64,000 bases of DNA from Dictyostelium discoideum (Eukaryota). Both the position numbers and the translations under genes were made by a program. The stretch lies in the NCBI GenBank assembly GCA_000004695.1, contig CM000152.2, positions 3,328,001 to 3,392,000 on the forward strand. The letters run 5' to 3'. Below the pieces are notes generated by a model. It was not told the DNA's origin, did not search any database, and saw only the letters and a list, made by a program, of their open reading frames with translations. Shown here piece by piece: positions 28,914 to 39,338 of this stretch (within the stretch, counting starts at the first letter, position 1; every line of letters starts with the position of its first letter).

Positions 28914-30497
28914 TTAATTATTAATTATAATTGTTTTTGGTGATTTATTATTTGAATATGTTACTTTTAAACCATTTGGTAATTGAGTGAAATCAATTGG
29001 ATTTTCATCTTGAGAATAAAAGTATTCTAAATGATTTAGTGTTGTTGAGATTGGTTGTAATAGTGAAGTATATTTATTGATTGTAGATGGTAAATAGGAT
29101 AGTATTAAATAAGTTACACTTGAAGGAATTGCTTTTATCATTGATTCATTTAATTTTACACTTGAGATTATTAATGTTTTAATTGATGATGGTAAATCAC
29201 CAGCTTTTAATTGTTGAGCAAAGTATTTACTTAATTTTAAAAAAGTTAGATTTGGTGGTAACACACCCTTTGCTAATGGTTTATTAAATTCATCACCAAA
29301 TTCTAAATGTTCTAAACTTGTTGGAAGGTCACCTACTTTAAGTGGTAAATTAAAATTAATTGACAAAATTAAGGTTTTCAATGTAGCTGATGTTGATGGT
29401 AGAATGAAATCTCTATTGAAATAGTGGCCTAAATTCAAAGATATTAAATTATCTGGTAAATGACCTTGTTTAATATCTTGGCTGAATGAACTACCAAATT
29501 GGATTTCAGTACAGGTTGATGGGAAACTACCAACTTCAAGTGGACAATTAAAATTCGAACCTTTGTTAAACAATACTTTAGTTACACCTGATGGAATGAT
29601 CCCACGTTTTAAAGGCTGATCAAAACCATTATTAAATCTAATCACTCTAACACAATTTGGTATATCACCAGCCTGTAGCCATTGATTATTCATACAATTA
29701 CCAATTTTAATATCAGTCAATGATGTAGAATCACGTGGTAAATAACCTTTGTCAAACACTCTTGCATGGCCACTTAAACCAATGTCAAGTGTGGTAAGTG
29801 ATTTTGGAATTTCGCCAAGTCTCGTACCGAAATAGGTGCTATTGATAACCAATGTTTTCACAGTCGATGGTATGAATGGTATAGTACTAACATATTTAGT
29901 TTTTGAATAAGTTCTTTGATTTTCAAAACCTTCTTCCAATACTAATTTTTTAATATGTTTTGGTATATCGGTTGGTTCAAGTATCACTTGTTTTGGATAT
30001 TTACCAATCTTTAGTGTTGATATTGATTTTGGTAATATTAATCCAAGATTTATATCTTTAAATGATTGTTTATCAAAACCAAATGATATTATTTCAATGG
30101 TTTTTGGAATTTTAATTTCATTTATTAAATCATTGAATCCTAAAAATGGATCAACTTTTTTAAAATTTAATTCCTTAATATAACAATTGATTTCTTTAAT
30201 TTCACTAAATTCTTTATAATCTTGTACTAAATATTTTTCATTTGAATATTGTTTATAAAGTTTACATTGTTTAAATATTTCATTCTTTATATATTGATTT
30301 TTTAATAATTTAAAAAATAATTCACTATTATCATTAATTTCTTGTTGTTGTTTATTATTATTAACTTTTTTTATAATTTTAAAAATAATACTATATTCTT
30401 CTTCTTCTTCTTCTTGCTCTTCAATTTCTTCGACTTTATCTTCTTTTAAGTTATTTGATGATTCTTTTGTTTTTTTTCCTTTTAAAAACGAAAACAT
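28914..30497 (-). CDS. FNIP repeat-containing protein (Dictyostelium-expanded family), 527 aa single exon
   Basis: Multiple about 22-residue FNIP repeats (FNNGFDQPLKRGIIPSGVTKVLF, FGSSFSQDIKQGHLPDNLISLNLGHYFN, FGDEFNKPLAKGVLPPNLTFLKL); acidic N-terminal region. Confidence 0.7.
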   Translation of the reverse strand: MFSFLKGKKTKESSNNLKEDKVEEIEEQEEEEEEYSIIFKIIKKVNNNKQQQEINDNSELFFKLLKNQYIKNEIFKQCKLYKQYSNEKYLVQDYKEFSEIKEINCYIKELNFKKVDPFLGFNDLINEIKIPKTIEIISFGFDKQSFKDINLGLILPKSISTLKIGKYPKQVILEPTDIPKHIKKLVLEEGFENQRTYSKTKYVSTIPFIPSTVKTLVINSTYFGTRLGEIPKSLTTLDIGLSGHARVFDKGYLPRDSTSLTDIKIGNCMNNQWLQAGDIPNCVRVIRFNNGFDQPLKRGIIPSGVTKVLFNKGSNFNCPLEVGSFPSTCTEIQFGSSFSQDIKQGHLPDNLISLNLGHYFNRDFILPSTSATLKTLILSINFNLPLKVGDLPTSLEHLEFGDEFNKPLAKGVLPPNLTFLKLSKYFAQQLKAGDLPSSIKTLIISSVKLNESMIKAIPSSVTYLILSYLPSTINKYTSLLQPISTTLNHLEYFYSQDENPIDFTQLPNGLKVTYSNNKSPKTIIINN

Positions 30498-30920
30498 TGT
30501 TTAAAAATTATTACAAAGATATGTTGATTTGTTGTGTAAAAAAAAAAAAAAAAATAAAAAAAAAAATTTAAAAATAAAAATAAAAAATGAAAAAAAAAAA
30601 AAAAAAGATATTTTCAAATATCCAATCAATCATTATTATAATAATAAAAAAGATATTTTTTAAATGGCTTATAGATTTGACTATGTGATGTTATGGGAAT
30701 ATAATTATTTTGAATTTTATACTTAAAATTAAATTTGATGATCTGGAATCAATTCATTGAAAAATATTTCCCCAAAAGTTTATGCCCAATTAAATTCAAA
30801 CTAATCCCTTTTTATTTAATTATGAAAAAAAATTGGTTTTTTGTGATAGTTGTAATCTATTCAAAAATATTAACAGTTATTCCTCAAAATGGTAGTTTTT
30901 TCTAGTATTCAAACTTTGAA

Positions 30921-31188
30921 TGTAATAAAGTTACTCTATAAAATTAATAGATATTAAATATGCATATTACATTACTAATTATAGTTGACACACATTTAAA
31001 TAATATAATAATAATAATAATAATAATACTGTCAACTCATTATGAATAATATAAATACTAAAGAATAATTGTATAAACAATATTGAATATTATAAATATA
31101 AACTAATATTAAATAAAGATAACAAAGTATTATTCAATTATATAATTATTAATTATATATATTTATAAAGCTAACAAGCTTTATTACA
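30921..31188 (+). repeat. 5' LTR (268 bp, TGTAATAAAG...CTTTATTACA)
   Basis: Direct repeat of 35623..35871 plus 38114..38132; no mismatches found by eye. Confidence 0.8.
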
Positions 31189-31190
31189 TT

Positions 31191-31203
31191 TGGCGACATC
31201 GTC
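31191..31203 (+). other. Candidate primer-binding site TGGCGACATCGTC, 2 nt downstream of the 5' LTR
   Basis: Begins with TGG as expected for complementarity to a tRNA 3' CCA end; position diagnostic. Confidence 0.45.
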
Positions 31204-31304
31204 TTTAAAAAAAAAAAAAAAAAAAAAAAAATATATTATAAATATAAAGTTATCAAATTATTCAATCAATTAAAATTTTACATTAGATTAAATTTAATTT
31301 AATA

Positions 31305-31341
<37 letters not shown>

Positions 31342-31344
<3 letters not shown>

Positions 31345-34300
31345 AGTAATAATGAAAACGTAATTTTTTCGGGTGATGGAAAAGGTTTATCATTTCGTAA
31401 ATTCAAACACTTACTCTTATTAATTCATGGCGAGGAAATATCGAAAGCTGATATTATTAGAAAACTAAGAAACAATGCATTGGAATATGCCGCAACATTG
31501 GATACAGACTTAACAGCAATGGAGATAATTGAAGATCTTAAAGATGCTTTTGATATTGGTGATAGTGATGATTTATCAGATTTAACAAAGTTGGGAGAAT
31601 ATAAATACAATACATTAGATATATTAGTTGGTAAATTTCTTTCAAAATGTTCAGCAGTTGATATTTCAGAAAAGTTTAAAATACAATTGTTTTATTCAGC
31701 TGTTGGTATTGAATTGGGTATTGAAATTACAAAATGTGCACCAAAATCATTAAAAAGAGCAATAGACATTGCAAAGTCTTGTGAAGATGGTTCAATTCGT
31801 ATGAGAGGTAGATCAATGTATACTGGTCAATTGGTTGCAAAAACATTACAAGAATTTGGAACTCAAAAGTATCTTGGTTCTGGATCTGGTTATACAACAT
31901 CACCACAGTACGTTACATCTCAAACTGAACAATCTACTGAAACTGAAGTATTAGCAACTCCAATTTATAAAAATCAAACATATTCACCACCACCATCACC
32001 TTATAAAGCACCACAAAATCAAGTAAATTCAATCACAAAATTTTGTAAATATTGCAAAAAGAAAGGTCATGTAATTCAAGAGTGTTGGTCTAAAGATAAA
32101 AAGAATAATTATAATGAGAATAAACAATCATATAATAATCATAGCACTAATGCAATTACAATGGTTAATGATAAAACGATTAATTCTATTGGAACTGATA
32201 GTATGAATGCAGCATTATTAATAAATGATAAGAATGTTAGAAGGTTAGTTGATACTGGTTCTTCTCTTACCATCATTTGGGAAAGTATTGCTAAAAAATT
32301 AAATTTAAAAGTTGAAGGTAAATCATTTTCAGTTAATTCAGCATCAAATAATGAAATTAAGATAGTTGGTAGTTGTGATACCATAATTAAATTAGGTAAA
32401 GCATCCGCAAAAGGTAATGTTAATATTGTTAAAGATAATGATACTTCAATCGATTGCATTTTTGGTGTAGATACACTTATTGGATTGAAATTAATAATTG
32501 ATTGCAAGGAAATGATCATTAAGAATCTTGAATTTAATGTTGGTACAAGATTAATCACCAGAGAAACCAAACCAATTGTTTGCAAAATTGATCTAAATAT
32601 ATTAGAAAAAGTATCAAAACCAATGGCTGAGTTATTAATCAAAAATGAAGAGATTTTTGAAACCAAATTGTCAAAACCAGGATCATTAATAGATGTTGAA
32701 CATTCAATTAAATTAACTGATGAAAATGTTTCTGTTTATACTCCACCATACAAAACTAGTCCAGCTGATAAAGAATTCATTGAAGAATACATTAAAGATG
32801 CATTAGATAAAGGTATAATCGAGAAATCAGATTCATCACAATACGGTTCTCCAATAGTCTTATCCAGAAAGAATGATAAAATTAGATTTTGTGTTAATTA
32901 TAAAAAACTAAATGACCTCACAATTAAAGATAGATATCCACTTCCATTAATTTCTGATTGTTGGTATTATCTCAAAGATGCAAAAGTTTTCTCAAAAATT
33001 GATCTTACTTCTGGTTATTATCAAATCAAAATGAAAGAAGAGGACAAGGATAAAACAACCTTTGTCTCTCATATGGGTCAATTTAGATATGTTGTAATGC
33101 CATTTGGATTATGTAATGCACCAGCAACTTTTCAAAGATACATGAATGAATTATTAAAAGATGAATTAAGAAAAAGTAATATTGGGTTTATTGACGATTG
33201 TATAATTTATAGCAAGAATAATGAATATCATATTGAACATGTCAAACTATTATTCGAAAAATTCAAAGAAAAAGGTGCAAAGTTACAAATAACTAAATGT
33301 GAGTTTGAAAAAGAAGAGATCAAGTTTTTGGGATATATCGTTTCAAAGAATGGTATTACTTATGATAGTTCAAAGTTTAATGAATTATTAAAAACACCAC
33401 CTCCATCAAATCAAAAAGAATTAATGAAATTACTCGGTACTGTCAATTACTTTAGAACATTCATTAAAAATTTCACTCATTTAACTTCATCATTTTATCC
33501 ACTATTAAAGAAGGGTGTTAATTTCAAATGGACTGATGAATTGGAAAATGATCGTGTAAAATTATTTACTACATTAGCACAAACTAATCTTTTAAGTTTT
33601 CCACAAGATACAGATGATAATGTTATTGAAACTGATGCTTCAATTATTGGTATTGGTGGTGTAATGATTCAAAATGGTAAACCAGTTTCTTATTATTCAA
33701 GAACATTAAACAACGCTGAAAAGAATTATTCTGTTACTGAAAGAGAATGTTTGGCAATCATTGAATCAATTAAATATTTTAAATCCTATATCAATGGTAG
33801 AAAAGTAAAAATCATCACTGATCATCAACCTTTGAAATATCTCTTAACTGGTAAATTTACTGATCGTATTACAAGATGGACTGTATTACTTCAAGAGTAT
33901 AATTACGAAATTATATATAGACCTGGTAAAGAAAACTTTTTAGCTGATGCATTATCAAGATGTCCAGATAGAGATCAACAGCCAATTGATTGTGATATTC
34001 CAGAAAAGATATTTACAATTACTCACTATCCAGTAGCTTCACCATCAACTACAATTTTACCAAGAGTCTTACCATCAAGATCAAATCAAACATCTAATGT
34101 TTCACCAGCTACAACAATTCAACCACCAAATTCATCAAGTTCAAATCAATCATCAAATATCCCACCAACAACAAACCAATCATCAAATATTACAAATCAA
34201 CCAATAAATACTTCATCAATGAATTTAAATCAATCATTATCAAATCCACCATCTCTTATTACAAATCAAGCAACAACCGCTAGATTATTGAATAGTGTAC

Positions 34301-35610
34301 CTATCTCAATCAACAATGATAATATTAATACAACAATTCCACAATTTACACAAGAGTCAATAAGAAAAGAGTTGGAAAAAGAAAATTATTATAGAGCAAT
34401 GTATAAATATCTTGAAGAAACAAGACTTCCAGACAATGCACAAGCAGCAAGAAGAATTTTGTTGGAGTCTGAATTTTATTCAATGATTAATGGATTTCTT
34501 TGTCACGGTTTAAAACATACTTTATCAAGTAAGAAATCTCATTTTAAACATCTTCAAATTGTAGTTCCAAAAACTATGACTAAATGGATAATGGAAATAT
34601 TTCATGATTCGCCACTTACTGGAGGACATTTTGGATTATTAAAAACTGTTGCAAAAATCAAAGAAAGATTCTATTGGATTGGTATGATTAAGGATATAAA
34701 AGAATTTATCGATAAATGTACAACTTGTTTACAAATTAAAAGAAAGTATGGTCCAAAAGAAGGTTTACTCATTCCAATTGAGATTGAACCTGAACCATTT
34801 AATACAATTGGTATTGATTTTATTGGTCCAATTACAAAAGATAATGCTCAAGTTTATTTGTTGGTTGTTATGGATTATTTTACTAAATGGCCAGAAGTTT
34901 TCTTTACCCTTGATATGGAAGGGGAGACTGTAGCTCAATTATTGTTGTATGAAATCTATACTAGATATGGGGTTCCAAAGAAGTTGGTTTCTGATCGTGG
35001 TAAGAATTTTTTAAGTAATGTAGTCTCTGGTGTTAATAAATTATTCGGTGTTCACAAATTAACAACTACTGCTTATCACCCACAATGTGATGGTCAAACT
35101 GAAAATTTCAATAATACATTAATTAAGATGCTCAAAGCTTTTATTGGTAATGAATTGTATGGCAATTGGGGTGAATTATTAAGATGTGTTTTATACTCAT
35201 ACAGAATTACACCACATGTTTCAACTGGTTTTTCACCCTTTTTCTTAATTTTTAATCGTCAACCAACTTTACCATTAGATACAACTTTAAATGTAAATTT
35301 TTATTCAAATTCACTAAGATTAGATTTCGCTGATAATTATGCACAATCCGTAAATAATAATCTTAAACGTGCCTTTTGGTTTACAAAGAATAATCATAAT
35401 CGTCCAACAAATATTCAAACAGGTGATTTTGTTTATTTACATACACCATATTCACAAACTTCTATTGGTCCAAAGAAATTCTATAAACCTTGGAGAGGTC
35501 CTTTTAAAATTCAAGAAAAAGTTAGCGATGTTACATTCAAATTAGATATGGGTAATCTTAGAGATCATAAAGTAGTCAATATTGAAAGATTGAAAAAAAT
35601 TTTCAACTAA
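31342..35610 (+). CDS. Retrotransposon Gag-Pol polyprotein (1422 aa, uninterrupted): CCHC zinc knuckle, aspartic protease, reverse transcriptase, RNase H, integrase
   Basis: CKYCKKKGHVIQECWSK (CCHC); LVDTGSSLT (protease DTG); RT motifs KIDLTSGYYQIKM, VMPFGLCNAPATFQRYMN, FIDDCIIYSKN (YxDD variant); RNase H IETDASIIGIGGVMIQ, TDHQPLKYL; integrase HHCC HDSPLTGGHFG...CTTCLQIK, catalytic GIDFIGPI, VVMDYFTKWPEVF, VSDRGKNF, YHPQCDGQTENFN. Confidence 0.9.
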
Positions 35611-35622
35611 AAGGGGGGGATA
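35606..35622 (+). other. Polypurine tract (CTAAAAGGGGGGGATA) immediately 5' of the 3' LTR
   Basis: seen directly; LTR starts TG at 35623. Confidence 0.7.
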
Positions 35623-35871
35623 TGTAATAAAGTTACTCTATAAAATTAATAGATATTAAATATGCATATTACATTACTAATTATAGTTGACACACATTTA
35701 AATAATATAATAATAATAATAATAATAATACTGTCAACTCATTATGAATAATATAAATACTAAAGAATAATTGTATAAACAATATTGAATATTATAAATA
35801 TAAACTAATATTAAATAAAGATAACAAAGTATTATTCAATTATATAATTATTAATTATATATATTTATAAA
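35623..35871 (+). repeat. 3' LTR, first 249 bp (interrupted after ...TATATATTTATAAA by the TRE5-like insertion; remainder GCTAACAAGCTTTATTACA at 38114..38132)
   Basis: Identical to 30921..31169; continuation found after the inserted element and its target-site duplication. Confidence 0.8.
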
Positions 35872-36196
35872 TTTTTTTTTTTTGAATTGGATAACGCAAT
35901 TATTATTTGCTTCTCCTTGAGATGCTAGATCTCATTTTATTTTTTTTTTTTTTTTTACAGGGTCTTTTTGATTAAAACATCTTTTTTGTCCAAACTTTTT
36001 TCTAAATCTTTTTTTATTTTATCGTCTGGTTCGTGATTGATGTTTATGACGTATTTGAATTGTTTTTTTTTTAATTGAGTTTTATCCACAATTTCGCTTA
36101 TTTTTTGTAGGCATTTGTGTTGCTTAATATTTGTGGTGTTGTTTGTGATTTTCATTTTATTTTCTTTCTATCTTTTTTATTTTTCTGATTAACTTG

Positions 36197-36257
<61 letters not shown>

Positions 36258-36553
36258 TTATAGAAAGTACTGAGTGAATTATTGTATTTTTTGAGATGTT
36301 TAGGAAGTTCTATTGCGGGTGTTGATGATGATTTGTGACACCCCTTGTCCTGTTTTATCAATTGGTGCGTGGTGTGTTATTTTGTTTTTATATTGTTGAT
36401 TTATTGAGTAAATTTTATTTGTTTTTATATTTGTTTCAGTTAGAAGTGCTGCGTCCAGCTTGTTGTTGTCTAAAACGGTGTTTATTATGCTGGCAGATTG
36501 GATGGTGTTGGATCCTTGGACGTTCCAAACACCTATTCTTATTGTGTTTTTCT

Positions 36554-37882
36554 TTATAGTTTTATTTGGGGTAGATTTTTATCTACCTTTTGAAGTTTCT
36601 GGTTTATTTTGTCTTCTAACTGATCTTTACTTTGTTCGTTGTGTTGTTGGTCTTGTGTGTTTGTGGGGTTTTTTGATTTATTGATTTGTTTTAGAATTTC
36701 CTTGTTGAAGTTGTCTATATCTTCATCCATTTTTGTTTTTATGCTTTTTTGTCCATATTCACCCAATTTTGGTTTGACTGGTGTTTTGTTGTTTGTTTTG
36801 TCTTGTTGTTTCTTTTTTGGTGTGTTTAACAATTTACTTGGTGAATCGATAATTTTCGATGGTGTACCATAGGTTGGGCTGAAACTCATGATATGTTTTA
36901 TTGGAGAGGAGAAGAACCATTGATTTGAAGGGATTGAAAGTGGGAATTCTATTTTTCTTATTGCATCAGTGTTTGGGCTGGTGAAGTCGAAGATATCATT
37001 TGCCTCTCTAAGTTTTTCTTCCGTTGTTAGTCCCTTTGTTTCGCCGTGTTGTTTTATTGGTGTATTGTATGGAGATGGTGGTTCGATAGGTTTTTCTGAT
37101 TTTGTTTTAATTTCTTGATTGTTTATCGATTGTGTATTGATCTCATTCTCTATTCTTGTTAGTTCATCTACGTTTTCTAGTGATGCTTCTATTACCTTTT
37201 GAGCTGTATCATCTAGGGCCATAAATGTTTTATCATTAGATGAGGATGTGATTGGTGGGATAATGATTGTTCTTTTTCCTTGTTTTGGTATTTGTTCTGA
37301 TGTAGATTGTGGTTGTTGTTCATCTGATTGTTTTTTATTTTTGTTTTCTTCTTGATTTTCTGGTAATGAGGTTTGCTCTCTCCCTCCTTTGTTGGAGTCT
37401 CCAATTAATGTTAGATTGTCTAGTTCAATGATAGTGTCAAATTCTTCTACGACTCTTTTCACTGTTTTGATAATTAGAGTTTCGCCTTTAATTTCTAATT
37501 TAATTAGTTTACATCCTTCATTTTCTATTACCCATTCTATTTCTGTGAGTGATTTATACCAATCAAAATCTGTATACATATTTTTTGGTCTTATAGTGGT
37601 TATAAATTGTCCTTTTAATTCTGCATCAAACATATTTACAAAATAGATTACTGTACTAATACTGTCTGTGAGAATTTTGAATGTATTATTACTTTTGATT
37701 AAAACATCTTTTTTGTCCAAACTTTTTTCTAAATCTTTTTTTATTTTATCGTCTGGTTCGTGATTGATGTTTATGACGTATTTGAATTGTTTTTTTTTTA
37801 ATTGAGTTTTATCCACAATTTCGCTTATTTTTTGTAGGCATTTGTGTTGCTTAATATTTGTGGTGTTGTTTGTGATTTTCAT
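36554..37882 (-). CDS. ORF1 of the TRE5-like element (442 aa, basic/Lys-rich, Gag-like nucleic-acid-binding protein); no ORF2 (RT/endonuclease) present
   Basis: Track ORF; its first 63 codons lie inside the direct repeat and are duplicated at 35955..36155; composition typical of LINE ORF1. Confidence 0.6.
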   Translation of the reverse strand: MKITNNTTNIKQHKCLQKISEIVDKTQLKKKQFKYVININHEPDDKIKKDLEKSLDKKDVLIKSNNTFKILTDSISTVIYFVNMFDAELKGQFITTIRPKNMYTDFDWYKSLTEIEWVIENEGCKLIKLEIKGETLIIKTVKRVVEEFDTIIELDNLTLIGDSNKGGREQTSLPENQEENKNKKQSDEQQPQSTSEQIPKQGKRTIIIPPITSSSNDKTFMALDDTAQKVIEASLENVDELTRIENEINTQSINNQEIKTKSEKPIEPPSPYNTPIKQHGETKGLTTEEKLREANDIFDFTSPNTDAIRKIEFPLSIPSNQWFFSSPIKHIMSFSPTYGTPSKIIDSPSKLLNTPKKKQQDKTNNKTPVKPKLGEYGQKSIKTKMDEDIDNFNKEILKQINKSKNPTNTQDQQHNEQSKDQLEDKINQKLQKVDKNLPQIKL

Positions 37883-37957
37883 TTTATTTTCTTTCTATCT
37901 TTTTTATTTTTCTTTAAAAAGTTAAAAATCTGGAAATTTTCTAATTAACTTGGTTCC

Positions 37958-37962
<5 letters not shown>

Positions 37963-38026
<64 letters not shown>
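37963..38026. repeat. 64-nt poly(T) run (poly(A) on the element strand) embedded about 70 nt from the 5' end of the TRE5-like element
   Basis: seen directly. Confidence 0.9.
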
Positions 38027-38029
<3 letters not shown>

Positions 38030-38145
38030 TCTTTTTTATATGAAAAATGAAATAATCAAAAAAAGAGATTGTTGTTGTTGTTTGTTTTTTTCGATCTCAT
38101 ATATATTTATAAAGCTAACAAGCTTTATTACATGAAAAACATCAA

Positions 38146-38218
38146 GGTTTTATAGTGTAATTGGTTAGCACCCAGGACTTTGAATCCTGTAATCTGAGTT
38201 CGAGTCTCAGTAGAACCA
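38146..38218 (+). tRNA. tRNA-Gln(UUG): tRNA-Gln, anticodon UUG (73 nt, discriminator A, CCA not encoded)
   Basis: Cloverleaf: acceptor GGTTTTA/TAGAACC, D-arm GTGT-AATTGGTTA-GCAC, anticodon stem CAGGA/TCCTG with loop CTTTGAA, T-arm CTGAG-TTCGAGT-CTCAG (B box GGTTCGAGTC); A box TAGTGTAATTGG; T5 terminator follows. Confidence 0.85.
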
Positions 38219-38219
38219 C

Positions 38220-38224
38220 TTTTT
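38220..38224 (+). terminator. RNA polymerase III terminator (T5 run) 2 nt after the tRNA
   Basis: TTTTT directly downstream of discriminator base. Confidence 0.6.
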
Positions 38225-38254
38225 ATTATTTCAAATTTCAAATTTCAAATCGCT

Positions 38255-38265
38255 GGTTCGATTCC
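38255..38265 (+). promoter_or_regulatory. External B box (exB) GGTTCGATTCC 37 bp downstream of the tRNA gene
   Basis: Near-consensus TFIIIC B-box (GGTTCGAATCC) with no associated A box or acceptor stem; extra downstream B boxes are a known feature of Dictyostelium tRNA loci. Confidence 0.5.
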
Positions 38266-39338
38266 ATATGGTGGAGAAATAAGCAATTAATGACTTGTGG
38301 TTCATGAACAAAAAAGTGGAAACTCAGATCAAAATTATAAAAATCCATTATAAATCTTCCTGGTACTAATCCTTTATTATTGAAAGATTATGCTAGAATT
38401 GGTTCTAACTTCAAATATAAGAGGTCTTGTCCAAAAAACAAAGAAATCCACAAAATTACACCTATAAATACACTAAGTATGCAGATGGATCATGAGGTAA
38501 AATAGACAACCCAAATCTTAGATTCTACAAAGAATACTTTAAATGGGGATATAAATGTGTAAATTGTGACCTATCCCTCATATAGAAACATAATTGCATT
38601 AATAATTCATAACATCTGTGTGGGATGTGCACTCAATTTTATAGTAATGAAAAGCTATCATACTAGATTCTATTTAATGTTACAAACCAGTAACTATAGA
38701 ATATAAAAGAAAAAAAATTGAAATTAACTCTTCCAAAGGATCTTATCAATTTTAAAGTCTCAAACAATTTCTTAAAAATGAATTATTAAATTAAGAAAAT
38801 TAACTTGCAAAGTATATTCCCTAATCAGTGCTTCCAACTAGGTTGGAACAAAAAATAATAAAATGGGTCAGTAGAAATGGATTAATCTCCTTTGACCAAA
38901 TCATTATTTGATAAAAAAAATATTTTAATTTTAATAATAACTAATCATGCTCGAAATGTACCATTGAAAATAGCTAGCTCACTATCTTGTTTGAAAATCA
39001 TGAAACTGCTGGTTTAATTGGTATGGAATGTTGCTCAACTATCTACAATGAATCAGAATGCCTGCAAAGACATCAGTATTGATCGATTTCAAGATTTATA
39101 TTAACTTTCATAATTTCAAAATAAATTGGGGACTCAAACACCACATCCGCCCAATTCATTGGTTTATGCGGTTCCAAACACTACACATCCAATAATATTT
39201 AAATGAAAAAAAAAATCTTAATTAAAGGTTTATAATTGAATCAAAAATTATTTAAAACAACTATTTTATATTTTTATTAATTTTTAAATTCTAATTTAAA
39301 AAAAAAAAAAGACACAAATTTAGGTAACCATCAATATT

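Larger units (their letters stand above)
30921..35871 (+). mobile_element. Full-length Ty3/gypsy-type LTR retrotransposon, DGLT-A-like, about 5.0 kb; the last 19 bp of its 3' LTR are displaced to 38114..38132 by a later insertion
   Basis: 268-bp 5' LTR (TG...CA); identical 3' LTR copy starting at 35623 immediately after a polypurine tract; single gag-pol ORF between; LTR end lies 13 bp upstream of a tRNA gene, the reported DGLT-A target distance. Confidence 0.8.
35872..38099 (-). mobile_element. Non-LTR (TRE5-A-like, ORF2-deleted derivative) retrotransposon, minus orientation, about 2.2 kb, 5' end facing the tRNA gene about 46 bp away, 3' oligo(A) at 35872..35883
   Basis: 14-bp target-site duplication TATATATTTATAAA at 35858..35871 and 38100..38113; 225-bp internal direct repeats (B-module-like) at 35952..36182 and 37688..37912 flanking a single 442-aa ORF; oligo(A) on the element strand at the 3' end; position and orientation relative to the tRNA match what is described for TRE5-A (about 48 bp upstream, head-to-head). 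Confidence 0.65.

Noticed and set aside
30560-30920. Moderately complex AT-rich stretch just upstream of the 5' LTR considered as a further repeat fragment
   Set aside because: No duplication of it elsewhere in the window and no ORF; most simply the FNIP gene promoter plus the original target-site flank of the LTR element.
32139-32666. 175-aa minus-strand ORF inside the LTR retrotransposon
   Set aside because: Antisense to the protease/RT region of the 1422-aa polyprotein, which is clearly the coding strand.
36335-36872. Three overlapping plus-strand ORFs (74-77 aa, Cys/Leu/Phe-rich) inside the TRE5-like element
   Set aside because: G/T-rich complement of ORF1's A-rich coding strand; short, overlapping, no domain; ORF1 on the minus strand explains the region.
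38249-38275. Second tRNA gene suggested by GGTTCGATTCC
   Set aside because: Only a B box is present; no A box, acceptor or anticodon stem can be folded around it, so it is an external B box rather than a tRNA or tRNA fragment with a cloverleaf.
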